DNA of 64,000 nucleotides from NCBI GenBank assembly GCA_028713045.1, contig JAQTOY010000002.1, positions 60 to 64,059 of the forward strand. The letters are read 5' to 3'. The stretch comes from Candidatus Nanoarchaeia archaeon. GTDB taxonomy: Archaea > Nanobdellota > Nanobdellia > Pacearchaeales > GW2011-AR1. This document shows positions 16,844-26,957 of this stretch, piece after piece. Both the position numbers and the translations under genes were made by a program. Numbering within the stretch: position 1 is the stretch's first letter; every line of letters starts with the position of its first letter. Under the pieces are notes generated by a model. That model was not told where the DNA came from. It did not search any database and saw only the letters and a program-made list of their open reading frames with translations.

Positions 16844-19708
16844 TTATATCTGCAAACTTAGCACCTTTGAAATGCCTTCCTGCATACTGACTCCGTAAAG
16901 TATATTTGAGGATTCTGAAATGATAGAATCATTATGGGTTATTATCAGAAACTGCCCGTCTTTCATATGCTTTTTTAATAAATAAGCAAGTTTTTCTGAA
17001 TTTCTCCGATCCAATGCAGCATCAATCTCATCAAAAATATAAAAGCAATAAGGTCTAAATTCCTGAATTGCGAATATTAAAGATAAAGCAACCAAGGTTT
17101 GTTCTCCTCCTGAAAGTGAAGTCACATCAAAATATTTTCCACCTCCGACTTTTACGAGAACATCTAATCCTGCATTAAAAACTTCCTTTGTGTCTTCCGG
17201 CTCGAGCGTAACTATTCCCTTTACACTTAACTGCGAAAAATTCCTTGAGAACAATTCGTTTATTTTTTCTAATGTTTGCAAAAATGTCTTTTTCTTTTTT
17301 CTATCAATCTGCTCAATCACACTAATTATTTCAAGTTTTTCTTTGTCCAATTGCTCAACTTTTTCTTTTATTCCCTCGTATTCCTTCTTGATTTCATCAT
17401 AAACTTCCAATGCCCTCATATTTACATTTCCTATTCTTGATAAAATCATTTCAGTTTCATTTAATTTTTCAGTTAGCTTTTCAACAGGCATAGATATTAT
17501 TTCAACCCCCTTAAATTCTTCAAATTCCTGCATCAAGCTTTCTTTCCTTGCATTAATCTGGGCCTTTTCAATCATAAGATTGTTTATCTCTCCCTCGGAA
17601 AACCTTTTTTCATTCTGAAAGTTCATAAGATTTGACTCCAGGTTTCTTATATTATCCTGCAGTTCATTTTTATTTTCAAACATCTTCTGGTATTTTTTCT
17701 TAAGTACTTCTGACTGTTTTTCTTTTTCGTCAACAACTTTTTCTTTTTTTACAAGATTTTCCTTTATGTTTTTTAATTCCTCGGTTATTTCTTCCTTATC
17801 TCTTAAATTTTGCCTTATTGCCAGCTTTATTCTCTCAAGTTCTCTCTGTTTTGTTGTTATCTCAACTCCTAAATTTCTTTCCTCAGTTCGTTGAAGTTCA
17901 TTTACCTCAAGCTTTAGTGTTTCATATTGTTCTTCGCTTATTTTTGCATCAGAAAGTTTGTTTTCAACAGCTTTTTTCTTGAATTCAAGATTCTTAAATT
18001 CAGCTTCTAGAGTCTGTATCTGCCCATTGTTTCTTATCAATTGCTGTTTTTTTTCATTTATGTTCCTTATTTTTACAATGTCTATCTCCCTTATGTTATT
18101 TTCAAGCGATTGATTTGCTATCTTATCTTTTAATTCTTTTAATTCCTCTCTGAAACCATTTATCTTGCTTTCGGCTTCCTCAATTATTTTTTTTGCGTTA
18201 GAGATGTTGGAATCAGATTTATGTATTACCTCTTCAATATGCTCAGGGGTTATTTTTGTCTTGCATAAAGGGCAGATGTCAAGTTTTGAAACCTGGGCTT
18301 TTACTTCTTCAGATTCTTTTATAAGGTGATTGTTAACAGATAATGTTTTCTCTCTCTCAATTATTTCAGCTTCAATTCGGGATATGTGCTCCTTGGTTTT
18401 TGCAATAGAATTCCTTATATGAATCAATGCTTCGTTGTGCTTGTCAAGATTTTCTTTAATCCTTATCTCAGATTCCGTCTGTTCAATCTGGTTCAATACA
18501 AAATTAGATTCATTCTTCAGTCTTTGAATCTCCCTCTTTTTATCATCAATCTGACTGTTTAAGGAAGACAATGCAGATTTGAGATTATAATACTCTCTTT
18601 TTGATTCTTCAAAATCATCTAACTTTGCCTTCTTTTTTTCAAACTCTTTCTTAGAATCTTTACCTTTTTCCTTTTTTATTTCTTCAATATCATTTTCATA
18701 GCTTTTAATGGATTCTTCAAGATTATTTCTTCTTCTTTCCAATTCCAAAACCTGATTCTCAAAATTTTCCCTTCTAGCTATCATTGCAGCAATATCCTGT
18801 TTTAATGAAGAGATTTCAGAGATTAATGTGTCCTGCTCAAGACCGGATGACTGCTGGATTGTTTTAGTTATTCTGTCAATCTCAATATTAAGGCCATTCA
18901 TTTCATCCTGAATTTTTTTAATTTGTATTTCCTTTTTTTCTATTTCTTTTTTCTTATAATCTGCCCTTCCCAATATCTCTCCAAGTTCTTTTTCTCTTTC
19001 CTGCAATTTTTTATTTATTATAGAACCTTTGAATCTTTTTACATTCTCCTCCAATTTTTTAAATTTTAATGCCTGTTCTCTTTCATTTTCAAGATTCCTT
19101 AGATAATTTGTTCTTTCCCGCAAAATCGCATTTATTTGTTTTAATTTTTCATCGGTTTTTTCAAGTTCTTTCAAGGATTTTTCCTTTCTCATTTCATATA
19201 CAGAGATTCCAGCAACTTCCTCTATTACTTTTCTTCTTTCTTCAGCAGGCATTTTAACAAATTTTTCAATCTCTCCTTGAAGGACTATGTTAAATCCATG
19301 GGGGTCTATTCCTGCCTGAGAAAGCAGTTCTAAAACTTCCTGTCTTGTTCTTACTTCATCATTTATTTTATAGATGCTAAGTCCATTTTTTCTTACAATT
19401 CTTCTTATGATTATTTCAGCATTTTCAAGTGCAAAAGTTTTGTCAGAGTTATCGAATATAATCTCGACATAAGCTTCATTAGCTCCTTTGTAATCTTTGT
19501 TTCCTGAAAAAATCAGATGCGATGCCTTTGCAGCTCTTATTGATTTAATAGAGAGTCTTCCTAGAACAAAGCATAATGCATCGGTTATATTGGACTTCCC
19601 GCTTCCATTAGGTCCAACAACGACATTGGTGTGCCTGTCAAAGTTTATTTCAGTCTCCCTGGCAAAACTTTTAAATCCTTTCATCGCCAGTTTTTTTATA
19701 TAAGTCAT
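16844..19708 (-). CDS. SMC-family ATPase with a central CxxC zinc hook and no hinge domain
   Basis: SMC-type head motifs GPNGSGKSN, QGEIEKF..ERRKVIEEVAG, LSGGEQTL and FDEIDAALD. CPLC sits mid coiled-coil (codons at 18263-18274). Confidence 0.85.
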   Translation of the reverse strand: MTYIKKLAMKGFKSFARETEINFDRHTNVVVGPNGSGKSNITDALCFVLGRLSIKSIRAAKASHLIFSGNKDYKGANEAYVEIIFDNSDKTFALENAEIIIRRIVRKNGLSIYKINDEVRTRQEVLELLSQAGIDPHGFNIVLQGEIEKFVKMPAEERRKVIEEVAGISVYEMRKEKSLKELEKTDEKLKQINAILRERTNYLRNLENEREQALKFKKLEENVKRFKGSIINKKLQEREKELGEILGRADYKKKEIEKKEIQIKKIQDEMNGLNIEIDRITKTIQQSSGLEQDTLISEISSLKQDIAAMIARRENFENQVLELERRRNNLEESIKSYENDIEEIKKEKGKDSKKEFEKKKAKLDDFEESKREYYNLKSALSSLNSQIDDKKREIQRLKNESNFVLNQIEQTESEIRIKENLDKHNEALIHIRNSIAKTKEHISRIEAEIIEREKTLSVNNHLIKESEEVKAQVSKLDICPLCKTKITPEHIEEVIHKSDSNISNAKKIIEEAESKINGFREELKELKDKIANQSLENNIREIDIVKIRNINEKKQQLIRNNGQIQTLEAEFKNLEFKKKAVENKLSDAKISEEQYETLKLEVNELQRTEERNLGVEITTKQRELERIKLAIRQNLRDKEEITEELKNIKENLVKKEKVVDEKEKQSEVLKKKYQKMFENKNELQDNIRNLESNLMNFQNEKRFSEGEINNLMIEKAQINARKESLMQEFEEFKGVEIISMPVEKLTEKLNETEMILSRIGNVNMRALEVYDEIKKEYEGIKEKVEQLDKEKLEIISVIEQIDRKKKKTFLQTLEKINELFSRNFSQLSVKGIVTLEPEDTKEVFNAGLDVLVKVGGGKYFDVTSLSGGEQTLVALSLIFAIQEFRPYCFYIFDEIDAALDRRNSEKLAYLLKKHMKDGQFLIITHNDSIISESSNILYGVSMQEGISKVLSLQI

Positions 19709-19810
19709 AGGGTTTAGAATTAACCTGTGTTTTTAAGGTTTTTTAGCCCATGATTTACGGTTATATCTAAATATTAATAAACCCTTAATATAATCTAAGT
19801 TTAATGTAAA

Positions 19811-20098
19811 ATGTCAGAAAGAAGAGATATAACAGTTCATTTATGGAATGGAAAGGGATATGATAAACATACTCTGGACTTTAATAAAGGAGATGCCGGA
19901 AGTTACGCCGAGTGTGAAAGAAGATTTTTAGCTTTGCTACCTCCCTTAGGATTATCTGATAGAACTGCTGCAAGATACCATTCTGATTTTAACGGAGTTT
20001 CAACAGCTTTATTTAATGGATATTATAGGAGAGGAGCCGAACATGCATCAATTGCTCTTAGACCTGATAAAAGAATTAGACTAGAACCAAGATTATAA
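19811..20098 (+). CDS. hypothetical protein (orphan class), 95 aa
   Basis: Intact ORF convergent on the end of the Ubl-type operon. Confidence 0.45.
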   Translation: MSERRDITVHLWNGKGYDKHTLDFNKGDAGSYAECERRFLALLPPLGLSDRTAARYHSDFNGVSTALFNGYYRRGAEHASIALRPDKRIRLEPRL

Positions 20099-20115
20099 AT
20101 TAAAAATTAAAGAAG

Positions 20116-23100
20116 CTAATCCTCCCCTAATAGAAGCTGTTTTGGAGCTAGTTGAATTCTCCGCCCACTTTCAACTTTTTCTAGATATCTATCCAATAAC
20201 CCGGGGTCTAAATTAAATTCTGCTTCAATTCTTTTTCCAACTCTAGTCAATAATTCTCTTGTCCTGTCAGGTCCATAATAATCAACAGTTCTTGCATAGA
20301 TGCATGAATGATCAAATTCTACTCTATCATAAATATGTTCATCTCCGGACATTCTTTTTAATAATCTTCTTTCCTGTTTACTTAGCCTTCCAAAAGTGTT
20401 CTTATCAACCTGCCCAATTAAAAATAATTGGCCATCATAAGCACCAGACTCATATTGAGGGTATAGCCTAAAGCCATTTTCAACTTGCTCTAATCTATGA
20501 TTTCCCTGAATATTTACTGGAACTCCCAAACCTCTTAACATCTCTATTTCACTTCTTACATCAATTGCTTGAGTATATGATAAATAAACAGGTTGTGGAT
20601 TGGCTATACAAACAGAGACTTTTTTATGCCTCGGTTCTTCTTTTAATATTGTTATTGGAATTCCTTTTTTTACCAAAGCTTCAACCTGGCTGTCAATGAA
20701 ATGCTGATCATGATGTATTCCTAAAAAATCTAAATGTAAATATTCTCCTAAGGAAATTACAATTCTCCTATCATTGTTATCGCGATAATGCTCCTTATCA
20801 ACGCTTGCATTTAAATAATAATTAGATTGAGATAAGGGGTATAATGGAACTCTGCCCAAAGAAGCTAATAAATCTTTTTCCGGCAGTCTTTCTCTTAAAT
20901 AAAAAAACTGCCTGTTTCTTGGATCATCTTTGTTCATTAAAGCTATTTCCTCCAATAAAAACAATCCGCATTTTTCCAAATCAACATCTTTAGGAGTTAT
21001 GCATAATTTCATAACATCTTTGCATCCATCAGGTTCATCTTTTATCCAAGTTCTTCCGTAAGTTTTTGCTTTTTCAGGTTGCTTTCTTTTTCTCTCTCTG
21101 TCCTCTGCATAAGCATTATTTATGGCTAATCGAACATTTCCACCAGTTTCCAAACATCCTTCTAACATTCTTCCAACTTCCCATTCACTAAAATATTTTC
21201 TCTTTTCACCTGATGCAGCTTCTTCAACCATTTCAGCAACTTGAGTTAAAGCTCCCTGAGGTCCTTCTCTTAAACCAAGCGTAGCAGCTAAAATAAGGTT
21301 AGAAACTTCCATTGCTTCTGCAAAATCAACTCCATCTCCTTCTTTAAAACCTTGTAATCTTCCAAGAACATCTAAATAATTCGGTAATCTTCCAGTTCCA
21401 CCTCTTGCTGCTATTAACATTCTCTGCCCTAAACTTGTTTGAAATGGATTAGTCTTTGGCCGTGTTCTTGAAGCGATTATGTCATCAATTGCCCTGGAAA
21501 TTAATGGATTATTATGTGAATGTTTTAAAACAAATTTACCAGCATCCTCGTGGGAATAACCAAAAGATAATAACGGCCCCATAACAAATTCATCCAATCT
21601 TCCCATTAAAGAACTATAATCTTCACCTGGTTTGATTAAAGGAGCTTGTTCAAGTTCGTTTTCCCAATTTGTTTCGCGATAGCGACCACGTTCTTCTGAA
21701 GGTCTGTTTATTAACTGTTGACGTTTTCTTTCTTTTGCTTTTTGTTTTTCATGTTGGGCATATTCATCTAATTTAGCTTCTAAAAATTCTCTTGCATGTA
21801 ATGCAGTTTCTTTAAATCTATCTCCTGCAGATTCCAATACTTCGGTTTGATGACGTAAAAAATAATAAACTAATTCTAATTCAAAACTATTGCATACTTG
21901 CCTATAACCATCAAGACCAACTACTTCTAAACTGCTAAAAGCGACAGAATTTTGTTCCTCTGGATTTGTCATATTCGTATAAAGATTAGCTCCCCACTCT
22001 GCCACATCACCATGATCATGTATTTCTGTTAAATAACCCTCAAGACCTCTTCCATTGTAAGTTCTTCCTCTAACTCTTCTAAAATAATATTTATCTGATA
22101 ATTCAGGCATTCTTAATTCAGCGTCAGCTCTTTGACTGCCAAATAAAACTAATTCCTCCGGAGACATTGAAAGCAATTTTGCAGATTCACCAATCATAAC
22201 ATCTGCAAATTTCCTATAATATCTGATTTCCTTTAATAATTCTCTTAATTTTGGCAGAACACTTGGAGCCAAATCTTTTTGTCTTACCCCTCCAATTTTT
22301 AAAACATCGTCTAAAGAAACTCCGTAATCTTCGTTCATGCATTCAACTACCTCGCGAGGTGATGCTCCAGTTTCTAACAATGATCTGTACTGCCTTCGCA
22401 ATAATCCCTGATGCTTAATATGGTGCGTGTAGGTTCTAGGATCCTCTCCATATTTTACTAGTGTTGGAACTACAACCTCCTCCACTTCGTCATCTCTCAT
22501 TAATGGTGTGGAGGTTACATCTTCCATATCCCAGCAACCGTTTAACCTGACAAGTAATAAATCATCAATAAAACCTCTGATTTTTGTAAAATACCTATCT
22601 TGATTTTTTCTAGCGTAACGCCGAGTTTTCCCATCAAATCCTTTGATAAAAAATACTCTCTGCTCGTAATTTCCATCGGTTCTTTCAATCACTCCTAATC
22701 TTGATTTTGGGGGCAGAATATTTCCTAAATTTGGAACACAGGAATGCTCGCCTGTTTTCGGATGATTTGGATATTCAACACAATAAACCAAATCTCCAAC
22801 ATTTTCAGGTAGTAAGGAATTCTTTTTAAATGGATTGGCATTTCTAAATCCTCCGTGCAATCCATCATGAACAAATTTTCTGAATGATTCCATGGAATCA
22901 ATAACTCTTGTTTGAACATGCATTCTTGTTGATAAATCAGGTTCATCACATTCTGCATACGGGCCGCATCCTATTTCAACACGAACTTTTCCAGCTTCAT
23001 CCCAGTCAGGAAAAGCAAGTCCAGTAACCGGCCCACCATTAACAAAAACTACGTCCTTATGTTCGGTCCCTCTTCTTGGCGAGTATTTAGGAAAAGGGAA

Positions 23101-23322
23101 TTCTTCGACAAAAACCAATTTTTCTTCTAAATCTCGGATAATACTCATTGCCAATTCATAATATAAATTTCCTTCAGACATTTGAACTAGTCTGGAATGG
23201 TTATCATCTATTTCAGCTCTTCTTTGGAATAAATCCACATCCTGCAATCTAAGTGTAGAATTTAACAAATTTCTTGCTAAAGGGTCTGTTGTTATTTGCA
23301 GTAGACTATTCAGGTTTGCCAT
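20116..23322 (-). CDS. large protein of unknown function (1068 aa), last gene of the Ubl-type operon
   Basis: Uninterrupted 3.2-kb ORF. 17-nt overlap with the upstream gene. No P-loop or other motif recognised. Confidence 0.75.
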   Translation of the reverse strand: MANLNSLLQITTDPLARNLLNSTLRLQDVDLFQRRAEIDDNHSRLVQMSEGNLYYELAMSIIRDLEEKLVFVEEFPFPKYSPRRGTEHKDVVFVNGGPVTGLAFPDWDEAGKVRVEIGCGPYAECDEPDLSTRMHVQTRVIDSMESFRKFVHDGLHGGFRNANPFKKNSLLPENVGDLVYCVEYPNHPKTGEHSCVPNLGNILPPKSRLGVIERTDGNYEQRVFFIKGFDGKTRRYARKNQDRYFTKIRGFIDDLLLVRLNGCWDMEDVTSTPLMRDDEVEEVVVPTLVKYGEDPRTYTHHIKHQGLLRRQYRSLLETGASPREVVECMNEDYGVSLDDVLKIGGVRQKDLAPSVLPKLRELLKEIRYYRKFADVMIGESAKLLSMSPEELVLFGSQRADAELRMPELSDKYYFRRVRGRTYNGRGLEGYLTEIHDHGDVAEWGANLYTNMTNPEEQNSVAFSSLEVVGLDGYRQVCNSFELELVYYFLRHQTEVLESAGDRFKETALHAREFLEAKLDEYAQHEKQKAKERKRQQLINRPSEERGRYRETNWENELEQAPLIKPGEDYSSLMGRLDEFVMGPLLSFGYSHEDAGKFVLKHSHNNPLISRAIDDIIASRTRPKTNPFQTSLGQRMLIAARGGTGRLPNYLDVLGRLQGFKEGDGVDFAEAMEVSNLILAATLGLREGPQGALTQVAEMVEEAASGEKRKYFSEWEVGRMLEGCLETGGNVRLAINNAYAEDRERKRKQPEKAKTYGRTWIKDEPDGCKDVMKLCITPKDVDLEKCGLFLLEEIALMNKDDPRNRQFFYLRERLPEKDLLASLGRVPLYPLSQSNYYLNASVDKEHYRDNNDRRIVISLGEYLHLDFLGIHHDQHFIDSQVEALVKKGIPITILKEEPRHKKVSVCIANPQPVYLSYTQAIDVRSEIEMLRGLGVPVNIQGNHRLEQVENGFRLYPQYESGAYDGQLFLIGQVDKNTFGRLSKQERRLLKRMSGDEHIYDRVEFDHSCIYARTVDYYGPDRTRELLTRVGKRIEAEFNLDPGLLDRYLEKVESGRRIQLAPKQLLLGED

Positions 23323-24217
23323 CCGAAGGTAAAAGATTAAGTTTTAATAAATCTGCTCCGGCCCGAGTTAAATCATAGATTCCAAGCACCTTCATAGAAT
23401 ATAAAATTTTTAATCTTGATGGAATCTCCGGCATTCTAACAATCTCTGACAATCTAAATTGTTCTCTGAAAGGTTCATCCAATAAATCGTGCACTACTGC
23501 CGAACATAAGGTATTGCATAAATCATTATGATCAACAATTTCTTCTCTTAATCTCCTGTTCCTTAACAATGGAAATTTTTGTATTAATAATTCTCCGACT
23601 TGAATTAATTGGCCACTGACTTCACAATCTAGAATCGACAGCTTTTCTTCGCTTCTTCTTCTAACCCATTCTTCCAAGGCAGTATCTAAATCATGACCAT
23701 ATCCTGAGACAAGTGCTGCTAGATTCTCACCTTGCAAGGATTTTCTTGCAAATCTTACTTCACCTTGGTATAGTGCTGTGCTTGCTTCAACAAACCGGTC
23801 GTATAATACCTCAAAATGATGATAAGAATGACTTGAATTTGTTAAATAACTCATAACATTATCCAAAAAAGTACAAACCAATGTTCCTTGAAGTTTTTCA
23901 GGAGGAATTCTATCAGGAACTTCCTCTCTCCCATATCTTTCTTTTTCTTCATCTAAATCAAATAATCCTCGTAATAATTTTACAACCCCTGAACTATATT
24001 CATCAGTTCCAGATTGGTAATCTAAATACTTGTCAAATCTTTTAGTTGCTTCATCAATTTTTCTAAAGCGTGTTCTATTAACTAGAACCCGAGCAACATA
24101 TTCTGGTATAGTAACTCTGCTTCTAGGCAAGGTAACAACTTCTCTAAAAACTCCAGGGCCACTTTCCTCATCTAAAAAATCCCTAAACAATAATTCCCCA
24201 GGATTCTGATCGTTCAT
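23306..24217 (-). CDS. protein of unknown function (303 aa), operon gene 5
   Basis: Intact ORF starting 3 nt after the E1-like gene. Probably helical, no motif recognised. Confidence 0.65.
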   Translation of the reverse strand: MNDQNPGELLFRDFLDEESGPGVFREVVTLPRSRVTIPEYVARVLVNRTRFRKIDEATKRFDKYLDYQSGTDEYSSGVVKLLRGLFDLDEEKERYGREEVPDRIPPEKLQGTLVCTFLDNVMSYLTNSSHSYHHFEVLYDRFVEASTALYQGEVRFARKSLQGENLAALVSGYGHDLDTALEEWVRRRSEEKLSILDCEVSGQLIQVGELLIQKFPLLRNRRLREEIVDHNDLCNTLCSAVVHDLLDEPFREQFRLSEIVRMPEIPSRLKILYSMKVLGIYDLTRAGADLLKLNLLPSDGKPE

Positions 24218-24220
24218 TTT

Positions 24221-25774
24221 TTATTTTACCCTCCTTAAAATATCACCTTCCTCTTCATACCATTGGTTAAAAGGTTTTCCTTTTACCCTTATTTCTTCAC
24301 CTTGCGAGTTTATAATTCTTTCTACTTCGCAACTTTTAAGGGGTACAAAATATGGAACCTTGGTCCCAAGGTCATTATCCGGACTTACTCTAACATATTC
24401 AAATCTTGGGTGCTCTTTCATGCTGTATTTAAACTGCCCCTGTAATGGATGTCCTGAAAACAGATTAACAGTTTCTCCTGCTAAAATAGCAGCACACAAT
24501 GACGTGATTAGAGCTTGAGAGGGTAATACTTCTGGATCTGTGCAATGTCTATGAGTTCGTCTGATTGAATCTAAATATGCCTGTTTTAAAAAATCATATT
24601 GATACAACATTGACGATGTTTGTCCAGGCGCATAAGCATATACTACAAGACTGGAATCATCGCAAGCTCCAAGCAATAACGGAATCCTGTGCTGTTGAGA
24701 GTAATTAATGACTCTCATCTGATTGTCAAATCCATCAACAGCACTCACTAATAAATCAACTTCAGGAAAATTGCTTTTTTCATCAAATCTTTCGGTTTGT
24801 GCATGATATCTTGTTCTTGTTTTTCTTCTGTTAAAATGCCTTCTTGCTGCAACTGCCTTATATTCTCCCTCTTCATCAACGCAATGCGGTGCACGTGAAA
24901 AATTAGAGATTTCCCATTTATCAAAGTCTCTTATATAGAAACTCCGAAATCCTAAATCATGAGTTGCTTCAAGATACATAAGTCCAATAGCCCCACAGCC
25001 AATAACTCCAATTCTTTTTTCTAATGGATTAAAACTTGACCAATCAAAATTATTTTCATGAGAGGTTCTTGAATCTGATAATAGATTCCAGGTAATTACC
25101 TCATCATGTTTAAGTTCTTGGCCATAATCAAATGATCTTCTTACTATTTCTGATAATCCCAGTGCCGCGCATGCCATTGAGGTAATTGTTGTTTGAGGTC
25201 TTCTATTTAATCGTCTTTGAGGCATTAAAAATTCAGGTCTAATTGCAGCTTGTGAATTATAATCTACAATCCTTAATTCATGGAAATTAGAGGCCCCTAA
25301 AACCAATAAAGTATTTTTTTCATCAGCAGATCTAAATGGCAAGGATTTAGAATTCACTCCCCATGATCTTGCAAGATTTTGCAATAAATATCTTTTTTCT
25401 TCCCAATCATTGCCTGAATGAAAAGCATAATTCATGAAAAATCCCATATTCTGAACTGTTTCAGTCCTAATTCCAGAACATAATCCTCCGACGCTAATAT
25501 TTGGGTTTAATCCTTGCACAATCTCACCAATTCTAGTTGCAATCTCTTCTCCTCTGCTAATCTCTTGGCCCATAAAACTCTGGCTATTTCTTGCTCTTTC
25601 ATCATTTGCGCAGATTATCCTGCCGATTTCCAAGCAACTTCCAAGCAAGGTTGCATACCTTGATGTTAACCCTCTTCCAAGAGTGTATAATAATGCTTCA
25701 TCTAAGGTTTCTTGATTCCAACCTTTAATCAGTTGTTGCCTAGCGATTCTATTGCTAACCATCCAAACCTCCAA
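24221..25774 (-). CDS. ThiF/MoeB/E1-like adenylyltransferase with a ~250-aa N-terminal extension
   Basis: RIGVIGCGAIGLMYLE...IRDFDKWEISNFSRAP (GxGxxG plus DxD..SN..R, codons 24893-25009). Then YKAVAARR, AVDGFDNQMR and SLCAAILAGETVNLFSG. Confidence 0.8.
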   Translation of the reverse strand: MEVWMVSNRIARQQLIKGWNQETLDEALLYTLGRGLTSRYATLLGSCLEIGRIICANDERARNSQSFMGQEISRGEEIATRIGEIVQGLNPNISVGGLCSGIRTETVQNMGFFMNYAFHSGNDWEEKRYLLQNLARSWGVNSKSLPFRSADEKNTLLVLGASNFHELRIVDYNSQAAIRPEFLMPQRRLNRRPQTTITSMACAALGLSEIVRRSFDYGQELKHDEVITWNLLSDSRTSHENNFDWSSFNPLEKRIGVIGCGAIGLMYLEATHDLGFRSFYIRDFDKWEISNFSRAPHCVDEEGEYKAVAARRHFNRRKTRTRYHAQTERFDEKSNFPEVDLLVSAVDGFDNQMRVINYSQQHRIPLLLGACDDSSLVVYAYAPGQTSSMLYQYDFLKQAYLDSIRRTHRHCTDPEVLPSQALITSLCAAILAGETVNLFSGHPLQGQFKYSMKEHPRFEYVRVSPDNDLGTKVPYFVPLKSCEVERIINSQGEEIRVKGKPFNQWYEEEGDILRRVK

Positions 25775-26957
25775 TATCTCTTTTTTCTAATCTTTCTTTT
25801 AATTCCATAGCATTACAATAACTTGGAGAAACCCCTCTTAAAATTCCATCAACAGAATTATACTGCTGTTCATATCCGCTTCCATTAACAAATGGATTGC
25901 CAAATAAATCCAGGACCCTTTGAACTGTTTGAACATCTGCCATATTAGCTTTTGGATCCGATCTGGCAAAAGTCATAAAGTGATTAAGCAATCTAAATAA
26001 ATCTCCTCCAGTCATAGGCAATTTTCTTTCCAAATCTCTTAGCAACTGAGGATCATGATAAAATATTGATGAATGCTGAATTGACCGAGGTATAACCGTA
26101 GGCCTTTTTATTTCTGGAATGACCAGTGGCTTTACATGATAGTTAATCTCCGCTCTTATCATTTCTGAATCAAATTCTGAAACAACATCATCTTCAACTT
26201 TTAATTCTAATCCATCCCGCTTTTCTAATAATCTATAACTTTCAGGGCCTCCATTGAAACAGTATTTTTTATATTCTCCAAGTCCAAACCAAGGTTCTTC
26301 AATACCTCTGCAATAAATTAAAAACAAGCTGTAACCTTGGTTTACTCTAAAATAAATTTTTGGTTCTCCTCTATCTCTGAGAACAACGCCGTCTTGAGAT
26401 TTTAATGCTTCTCGAATATTATCTCTAGTATCAACTTGTGCAAATTCATTGCTGACATCAGCCCAGCCATAAAAATTCTGATAAACCCAGTTATCTCCTG
26501 TAAATTTTTTAAAAGTATCCAAATCTACATGAGAGGGCTCTAAAAATTCTCCTGGATGGATATGAGTTATTCCAAATAATCTCAATGGATTTTCTCTCTT
26601 TTCCTCATTTATTGAATCTAATCTTCGTAAGAATTCATCCGCACTTGCAGCAGAATAATCTACAAGCCCCGGACTAACTAATTGATGCATTAGCATTGCA
26701 TCTTCGATTCTATTGGGGGATGACTCCCCGTATACATTCATAAATCCAACTTCAAATCTTCTTAAGTAAGGAAAATGTTCATCCATAACAGAAACATATT
26801 CCTTGATTTTTCTATCAACACTTCTTGGTAAAACCCATTTTAATGGAGTTTGAATAAGAGTTTCAGCTGTTTCTGATTTATGGCCAACCACACTTTCTCC
26901 CCTTACTATTGCATCCATTGCTTCATCCAAATCATCAACAACTAATGCGTGTTTCAT
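25755..26957 (-). CDS. JAMM/MPN+ (JAB) metalloprotease-domain protein with a ~250-aa C-terminal extension
   Basis: E69 in RRFEVGFMNVYG, then THIHPGEFLEPSHVDLD, which matches HxHx7Sx2D (codons 26523-26564). Confidence 0.8.
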   Translation of the reverse strand: MKHALVVDDLDEAMDAIVRGESVVGHKSETAETLIQTPLKWVLPRSVDRKIKEYVSVMDEHFPYLRRFEVGFMNVYGESSPNRIEDAMLMHQLVSPGLVDYSAASADEFLRRLDSINEEKRENPLRLFGITHIHPGEFLEPSHVDLDTFKKFTGDNWVYQNFYGWADVSNEFAQVDTRDNIREALKSQDGVVLRDRGEPKIYFRVNQGYSLFLIYCRGIEEPWFGLGEYKKYCFNGGPESYRLLEKRDGLELKVEDDVVSEFDSEMIRAEINYHVKPLVIPEIKRPTVIPRSIQHSSIFYHDPQLLRDLERKLPMTGGDLFRLLNHFMTFARSDPKANMADVQTVQRVLDLFGNPFVNGSGYEQQYNSVDGILRGVSPSYCNAMELKERLEKRDIGGLDG

